NCBI RefSeq assembly: GCF_006345805.1
Contig: NC_043000.1
Span: forward strand, 58,156,001-58,220,000
DNA from: Octopus sinensis
Taxonomy: Eukaryota
Direction of reading: 5' to 3'
Length of the DNA stretch: 64,000 bases
Each line of letters starts with the position of its first letter. The first letter of the stretch is position 1. Positions 1-12,589 of this stretch are shown in pieces. The notes beneath the pieces are model-generated. The model did no database searches and was not told where the DNA came from. It worked only from the letters and a program-made list of their open reading frames with translations. The position numbers and the translations under genes were made by a program.

Positions 1-187
1 AAAAGAGGAAGGGCAAAATGTAAAATTTTTAGCAGTAAAACAATATTTAAAAGCATAGAAATATCAATTAAAGGAAGGAGAAAGAAGTGTGGAGTATATA
101 TGATGATGAGATAGAAAGAACAATGGTGAGATTAAGAGCAAGAACATACAACAAAAATTGAGGGTCAATGAGGGTAGGGTATGTATA

Positions 188-1456
188 GAGGGGTTGGACA
201 ATATAATGGAACCACCTAGCATCATAGCATCATAATTTTTAAATATCTATAAAACCATCAAAAGCTTGTTTATTTTTATGCTTTTTGATTTATTATTAGT
301 GTTGCTTAATATATTTTGCTAAATTTGTTGTTTCTTTTCAGATATCATCAGGAAAAGGTAATTAAAATTCAATAAAATGACAGATCTATCGAACTTTCAA
401 AGAGGTCGAATTGTTGGTGCTCATATGGCAGGCACTATTGTAATGAAAACAGCCGAAATATTTGGTGTATCAAGAAGTACTGTCTTGAAAGAAATGACAG
501 CCTTTGAAAAAGAGGGAAAAACCTCCTTGTCGAAACAAAACTCTGGAAGAAAACCAAAACTTTCAGATAGGGACCATCAGATTCTTATACGAATTGTTAG
601 AAAGGATTACAAATGTACAGCCCCCAAAATTACTGCAGAGCTTTATGATCACCTTGAGAACCCAGTTTCCACAAAAAACTGTTCACAAGGAGCTATACAA
701 AGCAGGATTTCCCGGGAGGGCTGCAATCAGAAAACCACTACTTTCAAAAACAAACATTGCAAAGCATTTAGAGTAGAATAAAAACCTACAGAATTGGTCC
801 CTAGAGCAGTGGAAGAAAGTTCTTTTCTTGGATGAGTCATCCATTACCTTATTTCCAACCACTGGCTGAGAATACATGTGGAGACAGCCAAAAGAAGCAT
901 TTGACCTAGACTGCCTTCTTCCAACTGTTAAACATGGAGGAAAATCTGTGATGATCTGGAGATCTTGGAAATACACTGGCCCAATGGTTTCCCTTCATGG
1001 CAGAATTAATAGTCAAGACTATTTAAGCATTTTATCTGATCAAATTCATCTTATGCTCGCAAAATTGTGTCTGGAGGGAAACAAAAATTTTTCAGGATGA
1101 TAATGCTCCAATTCACATAGCTAAAGTTGCTACTGAATGGCACGAGGAACATTCTAGTGAAGTTGAACATCTTATCTGGCTACCACAGTCCTCAGATCTC
1201 AATATTATTGAACATTTATAGTGCATTTTAGGAAAACAAGTAAGGAGCCAATATCCTCAACCGTCATCACTACAAGAACTGGAAACTGTTTTAGCTGAAG
1301 AATGGACAAAAATTCCTTTGGAAACAATTCAAACTTTGTACGAGTCCATACTTCATAGAATTCAAGCAGTAATTACTGCCAAAGGTGGTCCTACCCCATA
1401 TTAAAATAAATTTGTTTGAAATTCTAAGGTGCTTCCATTATTTTGTCCAACCTCTG
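188..1456 (+). mobile_element. Tc1-like DNA transposon, near full length, DD36E (Incomer-like) transposase pseudogene
   Basis: ~30-bp TIRs (gaggggttggacaatataatggaaccacc / ggtgcttccattattttgtccaacctctg) with TA on both sides. Frameshifted transposase 377-1404: paired-like HTH, GRKPKL, FLDES, QDDNAPIH...SSDLNIIE, ending KGGPTPY*. Confidence 0.95.
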
Positions 1457-1487
1457 TATATATATATATATATGTATGTATATATAA

Positions 1488-1535
<48 letters not shown>

Positions 1536-1639
1536 GTACGATAGGCTTTTTTGATATCCCATATGTCAAAATCTTTAACTCGGTTTTGGAATGTGTAAGG
1601 AATATATATATATAGGACAGTATCTTACATTACAATAGA

Positions 1640-1730
1640 GACGTAATACTGAAATAGATAAGAGCTTGCATTAGGCATAGGTAAGAAATTGGAAATTTTT
1701 TTGGCCCATGACACTGCATGGACCTTGGCT
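1640..1730 (-). mobile_element. Fragment of non-autonomous Helitron-type repeat
   Basis: Similar to 62690-62880 and to the reverse complement of 46060-46230. Confidence 0.5.
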
Positions 1731-2329
1731 TTTGCATTTGATGCCTGTTGCTTTAAGTATTTTATTTTGATTTTATGTATATATGTATGTATAAGCCAAT
1801 GAAGAAGACCTCTAAGTGGTAGCTAGATCTAGTAAAAATAGCAGCCAAATCTCCCTCAAAACACCCTACTGTCTTAATCTGACAATTCTGTCTATTATGT
1901 AGTTTGAATGAGAAACTGTAACTAAAGATTAAGATTATTAACCCCAAAATTTTACGCATTTTAATAGTAATCAATTTCTTCTCATTTTTTACTTTCCTCG
2001 TAGATTTTCATGTCAGATGTAAAGGTGAAGAGGGTTAAACTGGACGGCGTTAAGTAGTGGGGATGTTTGGTGATTGTATGTGGTGGTTACTTTTGACTGT
2101 TTCTTCTCAATAAGGATAATTGATTGATAACGAATCTTAACACAATATATATACAACTTCAAGTGGAATTGGATGTCATAAGAGAGACAGCATAGTGATG
2201 GTTTTGGCTGCCTGTTATCCTGTACTCCCCTTGTTGCTAGCAAAATGGTATATACTGGCTGTCTGAGCAACTGGTTGCTTTTAATAGCAGAACAAACAGG
2301 ACAAAAAGATTACAAAAATAGCGAATCTC

Positions 2330-2478
2330 ACTTTGAAACTAACAATTTTGAAAATCTTTTTAGATTATGGAATGCCCCACGCTCTCATGTATCCATGTTT
2401 ACAATTTCAGCATGATCGGATGAACAATACTTGAGTTATAAGCACACAAACAGACAGAATGGATTTTATATATTAAGA
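2330..2478 (-). mobile_element. 5' fragment of non-autonomous Helitron-like element
   Basis: Minus strand starts A^TC; contains the 'aatttcagcatgatcggatgaac...acagacagaa' segment typical of this class; no 3' end found. Confidence 0.5.
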
Positions 2479-2489
2479 TATATGATATA

Positions 2490-2542
<53 letters not shown>

Positions 2543-2554
2543 GTATGCATGTGT

Positions 2555-2877
2555 GTATGCACATGGCTCGGTGGTTAGAGCATCAGCCTCACAATCATGC
2601 GGTAGCGAGTTTGATTCCTGGACCAGGCTGTGTGTTGTGCTCTTCAGCAAGACACTTGATTTCACATTGCACCAGTTCACTCAGCTATAGAAATATGTTG
2701 GTGCCAATCAGTACTGGCTTTTGCCTTTTCCTTGAATAACATTGGTGGCATGGAGGGAGGAGGCTGGTATGTATGGGTGACTGCTCGTCTTCCATAAACA
2801 ACCTTGCTCAGACTTGTGCCTTGGATGTGAACTTTCTGGGTGCAATCCCATGGTCATTTATAACCAAAGGGTTCCTT
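2555..2877 (+). mobile_element. tRNA-derived CORE-type SINE (family B)
   Basis: A-box ggctcggtggttag, B-box gagtttgattcc, CORE-like gtgttgtgctcttcagcaagacactt, 3' tail shared with 8876-9213 and 33812-34105. Confidence 0.85.
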
Positions 2878-4490
2878 CCACTGTTATGGTGTGACACATC
2901 TACTCACAGCTTTCCTCATCCATACATACCAGTGCAGTCTTGTACACTACATCTGATACTTCTTATGTCCAATATTTCTTTCAGGGCACTTACACATCCT
3001 ATCATGCTAGCTTCATTTCTTTCAAGTCTACGTATGTCCTCAACAGTCATGGTCCATGTTTCACTATAGCATGGCTGTTTGCACATATGCATCATACAGT
3101 CTACCTTTCACTCTGAGCAAGAGGGCCTTTGTTACCAACAGAGGTAAGGGCTTTCTGAACTTTGCCCAGGCTATTCTTCTTCTCGTGGCAATACTCTCAG
3201 AGCATCCACCCCAACTACAGACTTGGTCACCTAGGTAATGGAAGCTATCAACTACTTCTAGTTTCTCACCCTGGAATGTGATGGAATCTGTTTTCTGAAC
3301 ATCTTCAGTGTTTATTGCCCCTGTGCATCTTCCGCACACAAAAACTATCATCCTGTTTACCTTCCTTTGATATTGCTGCACCTTTTATGTGTCCATAGCT
3401 TACACTGGGTACATCTTATGGAGTTTCTACCTACACCTTTTTTTACAGATCGAGCAGGGGCATCTACCTGAAGGGGTTAGTGATTTGTCCACCTTCCTAC
3501 TTACTAGGACTTTGGTTCTTACTACATTGACTCTAAGGCCCTTCAATTCTAGACCTTGCTTCCACACCTGAAATTTCTTCTCTAGTTCTGGTAGTGATCC
3601 AGCTATGAGAGCAAGGTTATCAGCATAGAGGAGATCCCGGGGGCCTCCTGTCTTGAATTCCTCTGTTATTGCCTGGAGGACTATGATGAATAAGATGGGG
3701 CTGAGGAATGATTCTTGGTGAACTGCTACTTCTATCTGGAATTCTTCACTATACTCATTGCCAACCTTCACCTTACTGACAACATCCCTGTACAGCTCTT
3801 ACTAACCACTTGTGTATCCCTAGTTTCTGCATTGCCCACCAGATAAGGGATCAGAGAATCCTGTCAAAGGCTTTCTCCAAGTCAACAAAAGCCAAGTAAA
3901 GAGGTTTATCTTTGGCTAGGTATTTCTCTTGCAGTTACCTTACCAGAAATATAGCATCAGTGGTGCTTCTACCTGGCACAAAACCAAACTGCATCTCATC
4001 TAGGCTAACTTTCTCCCTAACTAGTTGGGCTATGACCCTCTCCATGGCCTTCATCACCTGATCAAGCAATTTGATACCCCTGTAGTTATTTCTAACTAAA
4101 GCATTACCTTTACCTTTGTAGAAGTTGACTATGATGCTGCTACACCAGTCATTGGGTATGACTCCTTCGTGGACTTACAATATCAGATATTTTAAGCATC
4201 TCAGCACTGATTCCTGATTGACTTGGGGCTTTCACTGACTTCATATCCTTAATTGCTTTGCCTACCAGGGTGCTATCGATTCAGGTAGCTGGTCCCTCAA
4301 CTGGGTCAACATTTGGCAGGCTCTCCTCCTCCCATTCATTCTCCACATTCAGCAGTCTTTCATAATGGCATCTCCAAGCATTTTTCTTTGCAGAATCATT
4401 ATCATTAAATACCAGTGCACCATCATCCATGCAGACACATTTCTCTCCTGTGACATCACAATTCTCTCTCACACACTGTCTTGCAATCCA
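2878..4490 (-). mobile_element. RTE-clade LINE, reverse transcriptase pseudogene fragment
   Basis: Minus-strand RT motifs QFGFVPGRSTTDAIFL, HQESFLSPILF, LLYADNL, FHYLGDQV, RRRIAWAKFR, with stops and frameshifts. Confidence 0.95.
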
Positions 4491-5340
4491 AAATACTTAA
4501 GTTATATAAAATATACATACATATGCATATACACACACACACACATGCACATATGTATATATGTAAGTGCATATATGTATACAAACACACACACACACAC
4601 ATATGAATATACTCTTGTGCACATATATCAGTGTGAGTGTGCATGTGTATGAGCATATATCTTAGTACATTTGATTTACTGCTTGTAACTGAAGCATGTC
4701 TGTGTAAATGCATGACTTTAAAGCATGCCAGCCAATTTTATGTTGAATCAGTCATATGTTCTCTGTTGTGGAGATAGGAATATATTATTGTTTCTAAGAT
4801 AAATTGTTCAAGAAGAATGGTTTAGACTTTTGTCTACTTCAGTAAATGTGTCAGAGCGAAAAGAAGATTTATCATCACGTTACATCTGCGTATAAGTCTG
4901 TGACTGGATGAATGACTCCAAGAATCAGTGAGAAAGCATGAGCAACCAAACTTGAAATGCATTAATATTTGGCTGCATAGGTGAATAGATGTGTGTAATA
5001 TGTATGAATGTGTGTGTGTGTGTGTGGTGTGTGTGTGCGTGCGTGCGTGTATGTGTGTGTGTGCATGTGCAGACTTCATATAAAAATAAGCATCAAAAAC
5101 TATGACTGCCATGCGACTATATTATTATGTTCTTTATCTCCAAGGCACTTCTTATCAAAAAGACCTTTAATCAGAGTCACTCAAATGATGGCCATTATGT
5201 CTTTTGATTTTTTTAACAATGGGACTACAATATCCACTGTGTTCTTTGGCTAAAATACTGAGGCATAATTTGAAGATTTGGCTGCTATTTCTAGAACAAT
5301 GAGCAACCATATACGGACACTCTTGCTGGCTCAATATTAA

Positions 5341-5560
5341 TCCTTTAGCATTTAAACTGGCCATATCAGGCCCAAATATTCAACTTGTTTTATGTTCAAA
5401 CTAACCAGCTGTTGCCTTTCACACCTACCCTACAATGTCATTCTAAAAATAAACAATCACATCATCGAAATCTCAAAGCTACCAGATAATATATGATTAA
5501 CTCAAAGCAACGTGAATGAATATGCTTTACAGTTGACAAAGTAATCTGAATACTAAAAGG
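5341..5560 (+). mobile_element. TTAA-flanked MITE (piggyBac-like ends)
   Basis: ttaa|tcctttagcatt ... aatactaaaagg|ttac; homologous opposite-strand copy at 26018-26233. Confidence 0.7.
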
Positions 5561-5719
5561 TTACTTTATATTAGGGAATGTGAATGGCACAGAATATATG
5601 ATACAGATAGAAGTAGACGAAGGTATGATTACATGTGGGTGATTTTTTGGGGGTCTGGAGGAAGGAGCTGTGCAAGGTCTTCAAGGTTGGTGAAATAAAC
5701 ATAATTATTGCTTCTCTAG

Positions 5720-5990
5720 TAGAGGCACGTGACTTAGTGGGTAAGATGTTGGACTCACAATTGTAAGATTGTAGTTTCGATTCTTGGACCAGGCAATGCA
5801 TTGTGTTTTTTATGTTGCTCCAATCCACTCAGCTGTAGAAATGAGTATCACTAGTGGAGGCACATTGCTTAGTGGTTAGGATGTTGGATTCATGACCATA
5901 AGACTGTGGTTTTGATCCCTGGACTGGGCGATCTGTTGTGTTCTTGAGCATTGCTCCAGTTCACTTAGCTATAGAAATGAGTTTAGCATG
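5720..5990 (+). mobile_element. Two tandem 5' halves of CORE-type SINE
   Basis: Two tRNA-like heads (gtgacttagtgg / ttgcttagtggttagg), each followed by CORE-like ttgctccagt...ctcagctgtagaaatgagt. Confidence 0.75.
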
Positions 5991-5999
5991 GAGAGTGAT

Positions 6000-6475
6000 G
6001 GGTTCCGCCAGGTTTTCTCACCCTAGATATGTTCCTCGAGACAACAAAGTCTAGCCCCTGTTGCAGTTTGGTAGTTTGTACACTACCCTAACCCTAACCC
6101 TGAGAGCTATGCTTGTGGAACATGAGCTTCTTGTTGGATATCCCATTATGGACAAATCAAAGGATAGATTGGCCTAAAAGATAAACTAATATGGACTATC
6201 GCTTTCCAGAGGTAAAAATGTGTTTGCATAGGGCCAGCAAGCTTACCTAGAAAAAAAAGAAGCCAAGTTAATGAGATATCAATAATAAATCTAAAACAAA
6301 CAAGACCTGAGAGAGAAAGGCTGCCCCTTTAGGAGACAAGATAGTCTGACAGAGCTAAATAAGAAGGGGTCCAACTGGAGAGAAGCAGAAAAGAGAGCCC
6401 AATGTTGAGATCAATGGAGAACACTTACTGGTGGCCTATGCTTCTTAGAGAGTAAAGAGCTTAAGTTAGTAACGT
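6000..6475 (+). mobile_element. Internally deleted RTE LINE derivative (5'UTR joined to ORF 3' end)
   Basis: 6100-6260 aligns with the RTE-type 5'UTR at 33395-33540; 6375-6470 translates as the RTE C-terminus NWREAEKRAQC*DQWRTLTGGLC. Confidence 0.6.
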
Positions 6476-6842
6476 TCCTCTTACAATTGCAGATAAAAAT
6501 ATGGGTGGGGGTAGGAATTTCAGAGAATCATGATTCTGGGAATGAATAGTAACAAATGATGGATAATTGCCAGCTCATTACAGCTATCCTTTTTTTAAAT
6601 AGAAAAATGAGAACATGACATAATTTCAAAAACAAAAGAATATTCCAAGAATATACCAGGGATGTGGCTAAAGTCTGTCGAGGCTTACCATGAAAAAAAG
6701 TTTGAAATTATATTTCATCTGATGATTACTGTCTTTTACAATTAAGTAATGTTCTCACTCTTCTATTTAAAAAATGCATAAGAAACAGCTGTAATGAGCT
6801 GACAATTATCCATCCTCTGTTATTATTAATTTTATTTATATA

Positions 6843-6929
6843 TACCGGAGTAAACACATAAATGTGAAACAAGGTGGAAAAAGAGTACTCAAATACCAGG
6901 GGTAGAGTAATATGCTTTATTTAAATAAA

Positions 6930-6968
<39 letters not shown>

Positions 6969-7063
6969 AATTATATACTTTTTATTTATTATATTGTGAA
7001 ATTTGATTTAGTATTACTACATTGAATTTTTCCCTGTAAGTTTGGAATAATATTCCCTAATAT

Positions 7064-7070
<7 letters not shown>
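6843..7070. repeat. Two Penelope pLTR-like fragments separated by (TA)n
   Basis: 6843-6935 is similar to 41140-41215, which lies directly upstream of a PLE ORF; 6985-7070 is the reverse complement of 60720-60820. Confidence 0.5.
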
Positions 7071-7146
<76 letters not shown>

Positions 7147-7595
7147 ATATATGCATGCATATATGTATATCTGATGGACTCTTCCCAGTTTTTATAAACA
7201 AAATTTCATTCACAAGGCTGTGATCAATTTGAGGTACTTGTCCAAACTGCCTGTCAGTGAGACTGAACTCAGAACCATGTGATTGTGAAGCTAACATACT
7301 CCACACTTTGGTCTACAGATATGTTATCTCCTTGCTCTGCCTTTTCTGCAATAGTCCCTATCTTCAGAACTGAACAATTTCATGTCATCTCTGCCCTCCC
7401 AACAATTATCCCTTGTCTGTTATTATTCATTTGATTAAAATACACCAAAGGGATTTACGAGATGTTGGACACCCTGGAGTATACCAGCAACATACAATCA
7501 ACATAACATGTGCTTTGGACCAGCCCCTAGGCACTAAATACTCATAGGGTTGGTTTTATCTGTGTACTCAACTGGAATTTTATTTTCCTGAGTTC

Positions 7596-7631
7596 CCTTC
7601 TGTTGAAGAGCATAGGCTCAAAATGTAAAAG
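7596..7631 (+). ncRNA. Degenerate minimal hammerhead-like motif (CUGUUGA core) in pLTR fragment 7590-7710
   Basis: cctt CTGTTGA a gagc atag gctc aaaat gta aaag; G12 is mutated to A. Confidence 0.45.
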
Positions 7632-7720
7632 ACTTTCTCACTTTCCTGAGCACCTGTTTGTTTTTATACACCTGTCTTCATCTTTTGTTTTTTCTGTAAA
7701 TTTCAACTATATACACACAC

Positions 7721-7805
<85 letters not shown>

Positions 7806-8059
7806 CATACATACATATGTATGTATATATATATTTAATGTAGGATAAAATTTTTTCGAAAAAAAAAATTTATCAATGGCCAGCATATTAAAAAATACCT
7901 TTAAATTTATAAACAACTTATAAATAAGGGCAAACGAAAAAATTTCTAATGCCAAATATGCTGAAATTAGACACCTTGTCCATAACCATATGATTTTTCA
8001 CAATACGCACGCTACTCAAAAAAAGGTCGACAGAAATTTCTAAAAAATTCCATTATTAC

Positions 8060-8116
8060 CATATCGGACAGATTTCAGGGTTAGTTCATAAGGACCCTCC
8101 CTTCGTCAGTGATAAA
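8060..8116 (-). ncRNA. Minimal type I hammerhead-like motif in pLTR-like repeat (7840-8140)
   Basis: Minus strand tatca CTGACGA aggg agggt...accct GAAA tct GTC cgata; canonical core, mismatch at the first stem I pair. Confidence 0.55.
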
Positions 8117-8163
8117 TGTGGCAAAGAAATAAATGAGATATATATAGTTGCAGGTGTGGGTAT

Positions 8164-8424
8164 GTCTTCTATTATAACCTCAGATCGTCCAAAGCCTTGT
8201 GAGTGGATTTGGTAGATGGATTTGTGTTGGTGTTTGTTCCCCCATCACCACTTGACAACCAGTACGGGTGTGTTTAGGTCTCTGTAACTTAGCAGCTTCG
8301 CAAAAGAGACCGACAGAATGAATACTAGGCTTAAAGCATAAATCCTGGGGTAGACTTGTTTGACTAAATCCCTTAAAGGCGGTGCTCTAGCATGGCTGCA
8401 ATCAAATAACTGGAACAAGTAAAA

Positions 8425-8428
<4 letters not shown>
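8164..8428 (+). mobile_element. CORE-type SINE family A, 5'-truncated
   Basis: aaagccttgtgagtggatttggtaga ... ggtgctctagcatggctgcaatcaaataactggaacaagtaaaagaat. Confidence 0.85.
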
Positions 8429-8477
<49 letters not shown>

Positions 8478-8709
8478 TATACATGTGTGTGTGTGTGTGT
8501 ATAATTGTGTGTAAATGGTGGCAGTCAGTAGTAATTGGATAACCCTGTGATGGAGTGGCATTCTGTTCAGGGAGAATCATTGTCTGCTCACCAAGGCAGC
8601 AAGGTGACATCATTCAAAAACTACAACAATGCAAAGAAGCAGATCATGACCAGTGGTGTGTAACAACATCTGATAGTCTGGTCGATACAGTTATAAAATG
8701 ATGTGTGTG

Positions 8710-8757
<48 letters not shown>

Positions 8758-8875
8758 CATGTGTGTAGTTGTGTTTATGTTTATGCATTTATGTAAGTAT
8801 ATATATATGTATATATGTATGCTCATGCCTGCATAGGTTGGCAGAATCAATATATAAAACAGTCACATTCTGGTG

Positions 8876-9213
8876 TGAAGGCATGTGACTCACTGGTTAG
8901 GGCGTTGGGCTCTCAATTATGTGGTAATGAGTTCAATTCCCAGACCAGGCTATGTGTTGTGTTCTTGAGCAAGACACTTTATTTCATGCTGTCCCAGTTA
9001 ACTCAGCTATAGAGGTGAATCATGACATCACTGGCACCAAGCTGTATTGACCTTTGCCTTTCCCATGGATAACATTGGTAACTTGGAGAGGGGAGATGGT
9101 TATGCATGGACAACTGCTGGTCTTCCATAAAAAACAACCTTACTCAGACTTGTGCCTTGGAGGGGAACTTTCTTGGTGCAATCCCATGGTCATTCATGGC
9201 CAAAGGGAGTCTT
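8876..9213 (+). mobile_element. CORE-type SINE family B
   Basis: Homologous to 2555-2877 over its full length. Confidence 0.85.
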
Positions 9214-9287
9214 TACTCTTTTACATTCTGGTATTTTATTACATGCTTATTATATCCTTTTTTTACACCCAGATTAACTTTACTCTC

Positions 9288-9697
9288 TCTCTTTTACTCT
9301 TTTACTTGTTTCAGTCATCTGGCTGTGGCCATGCTGGAGCACCGCCTTTAGTCGAGCAACTCGACCCCGGGACTTATTCTTTTGTAAGCCCAGTACTTAT
9401 TCTATCGGTCTCTTTTGCTGAACCGCTTAGTAACGGAGACATAAACACACCAGCATCGGTTGTCAAGCAATGCTAGGGGGACAAACACAGACACACAAAC
9501 ACACACACGCATATATATATATATACATATATACGACAGGCTTCTTTCAGTTTCCGTCTACCAAATCCACTCACAAGGCTTAGGTTGGCCCAAGGCTATA
9601 GTAGAAGACACTTGCCCAAGGTGCCACGCAGTGGGACTGAACCCAGAACCATGTGGTTCATAAGCAAGCTACTTACCACACAGCCACTCCTGCGCCT
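9288..9697 (-). mobile_element. CORE-type SINE family A, full length
   Basis: tRNA-like head, cttgggcaagtgtcttctactatag core, central microsatellite, tail aagtaaaagagtaaaagag. Confidence 0.9.
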
Positions 9698-10174
9698 ACT
9701 ATTTCTCTTTATGATGGAAATAGATAAAATAAGTACCACACAAAATATTGGGAGTTAGAGTTCAAGGTGGTACTCCAGTATGATTACATAGAATGACTGA
9801 AACCAATGAAAAAAAGTGTAGCAGTATATTGTATGACCACTGATGGACGTTGATTGCGGAGGCTGCAGAATAAGGTGATGGTGGTGGTTATGATGACTGG
9901 GTGGTAGAGAAAACAATTGTGTGTGTGTGTGTGTGTGTATGTGTCTGTGTCCATGTGTGCTTACAATTGTGCATAATAGTTCAATACTGACCTCATGGTT
10001 TAACACTTTGTTGCAGTAATTAATGGTAGAGTTTCATCTCCCTGTGGAGTAGTTTTATTGCTATGACAACCATTAGCTCCTCTTTAGTATTTTTTGATGA
10101 TGTATGTGTGTGTGTGTTTATGTGTGTGTGAGGGAGAGAGAGTGAGAGTATGTTGGGAGTTGTATGGTACATGT

Positions 10175-10232
<58 letters not shown>

Positions 10233-10835
10233 ATGCGTGTGTGTGATTAGTTATCCTTATAGATATTGGTATACATCTGATTACATGTTTGACAAGATTA
10301 ACTCTCAGCCAACAAGGAAATTTCTTCATGGTCACTTGCTTGAACAGCTAGAAATAGCAGCCAAGTTTCTATCAAATAACACTTTACTGTCTTCAAAAAG
10401 TGATGGATATACTAGATAGTGTAGTCCTAAAAAATACAATACTGTTTCAATAAAATACACTATAATTGTCTGAAAAAAAACAAAAAACAATATAGTTGTC
10501 TTTGGCCTAATTCTGCAGAAGTTGGTATAATTTTTTGTTATTTTTGTAGCAAAAATGTAACATTTGCAGTTTAAATATTTTTACAGGCAGTGAGTAAATA
10601 TGTAACATTTGCAATTTAAATATTTTTACAGGCAGTGCTCCAGCATGGTTGCAGCCTTTGAGCTGGGATGCATAAAAAAAAATAAAAGAATAACAACCTT
10701 TGATTGTTTTGATTGCAGGCCTGCTTGATTAAGGCTAAGCAACCTTAAGATAACCTCTCAGATCCTTTCTGAGCTTACATCTATCATAAGTAGTTTCTCT
10801 ACCATGATTTTAGATATCATATATCTCCCAATATC

Positions 10836-10997
10836 TGAGTTCAAATTCTACCGAAGTCGACTCTGCCTTTCATCTTTTTGGGGTCGATTAAACAAGTACC
10901 AGTTATGCACTGGGGTCAATGTAATTGACTTAATCCCTTTGTCTGTCTTGGTTTGTCCCCTCTATGTTTAGTCCCCTGTAGGCAATAAAGAAATAAA
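10836..10997 (+). mobile_element. Deu/Nin-like SINE, 5'-truncated
   Basis: ctgagttcaaattc..gaagtcgactctgcctttcatc...agtaccagt; tail shared with 44575-44790. Confidence 0.8.
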
Positions 10998-11100
10998 TAT
11001 ATAAATAATCAATTTGTATTTTATAGGGTGTCCATTAATAATCATTAGAATTATAAAAAATTTTTGTAAAAGCTGTAAATATAATTTGTGGACAGAATGT

Positions 11101-11141
<41 letters not shown>

Positions 11142-11269
11142 ATATGTATATATACGTGTGTGTATGTATATATATATAATATGTATGTATATATACATAC
11201 ATACATACATATATATATATATATACACACACATATATACACATACATATATATATGTATGTATATATA

Positions 11270-11580
11270 CATCATCATCATTATCGTTTAATGTTCGCTT
11301 TTCATGCTAGCATGGGTTAGACGATTTGACTGAGGACTGGTGAACCAGATGGCTGCACTACGCTCCAATCTTGATCTGGCAGAGTTTCTATAGCTGGATG
11401 CCCTTCCTAATGCCAACCACTCCAAGAGTGTAGTGGGTGCTTTTACGTGCCACTGGCAGGAGGGCCAGTCAGGCGGTACTGGCAATGGCCACGAAAAAAT
11501 CATGTTTTTTACATGCCACCTGCACACCGGCACAAGTGCCAGTAAGGCAACGTTGGTAACAATCATGCTTGAATGGTGCT
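11270..11580 (-). mobile_element. RTE LINE 3'UTR fragment
   Basis: Ends gcatgaaaagcgaacattaaacgataatgatgatg; homologous to 47915-48555, which is attached to the RTE ORF end. Confidence 0.8.
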
Positions 11581-11615
11581 TATACATGTATACATATATA
11601 TGTATGTATGTATGT

Positions 11616-11669
<54 letters not shown>

Positions 11670-11670
<1 letters not shown>

Positions 11671-11818
11671 TATAGACATGGTTTTGTGGTTAAGAAGCTT
11701 CATTTGTGACCATGTGGTTTTGAATTCAGTCCCACAACATGGCACCTAGGGCAAGTGTCTTCTACAATAGCTCTGAGCTGATCAGTGCCTTGTGAGTGAA
11801 TTTGATAGACAGATACTG
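11670..11818 (+). mobile_element. SINE family A head fragment
   Basis: catggttttgtggttaagaagc...gggcaagtgtcttctacaatagc. Confidence 0.75.
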
Positions 11819-12029
11819 TATGGACACACATGCACACACACACACACACACACACACACGCATGCACAAGTTAAAAGAAACGTTTAGTAAATGCACAGAT
11901 GAATGGAAAACAGACACAGAATGGCAAGTTGAAAAACATATAGCAAATTCTCAGAAGAATAAAAAATAGATACAGAAGGTCCCCAACTCATCAGTTATTG
12001 GCCAGAGGGTCATATTTGTGTGTGTGTGT

Positions 12030-12270
12030 GAAGGCGCATGGCCTAGTGGTTAGGGCATTTGGCCCACAATCGTAAGGTCATGAGTTCAATTCCTGGCAAT
12101 GTATTGTATCCTTGAGCAAGACACTTTATTTCACGTTGCTCTAGTCCACTCAGCTGGCAAAAATGAGTAGTACCTGTAGTTCTAAAGGGCCAGCCTTGTC
12201 ACACTTTGTGTCACACAGAATCTCACTGAGAAATATGTTAAGGGTACATGTGTTTGTGGATTGCTCAGCA
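12030..12270 (+). mobile_element. CORE-type SINE (B head, different tail)
   Basis: aaggcgcatggcctagtggttaggg, gagttcaattcc, ttgagcaagacactttatttcacgttgctc. Confidence 0.8.
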
Positions 12271-12589
12271 TTTACCCAAAGAGCCACGCAGTAGGACTGA
12301 ACCTGGAACCATGTGGTTGGGAAGCAAGCTTCATACCACACATCCACACATTTTTATTATTGCTTTTCATTTTTGCGTCATATGTTTTTAGTGTTTTATT
12401 TTTTATTTATCTTATTTTTATGATTGTTTTGCATCTTATATTTTATAATTTCTTAAATTTTGCATCTTATTGTTTCATATATTTTTTTAGTTTTGTCTTT
12501 TATACATTTGTGATTTTTTTACTTCTCAGTCTTTTTTAGGTTATTTATAAATTTTTTTAACATTTGTATTTTTATATTTATTTTTATTT

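Noticed and set aside
6085-6102. (TAACCC)n telomere-like repeat
   Set aside because: Only ~3 units, located where the homologous RTE leader has ..acactgagagc; local slippage is sufficient
10555-10637. 38-bp tandem duplication creating an apparent 3-nt micro-exon (ttttacag|GCA|gtgagt)
   Set aside because: The aggcagtg bases come from a SINE tail fragment, and there is no host gene context
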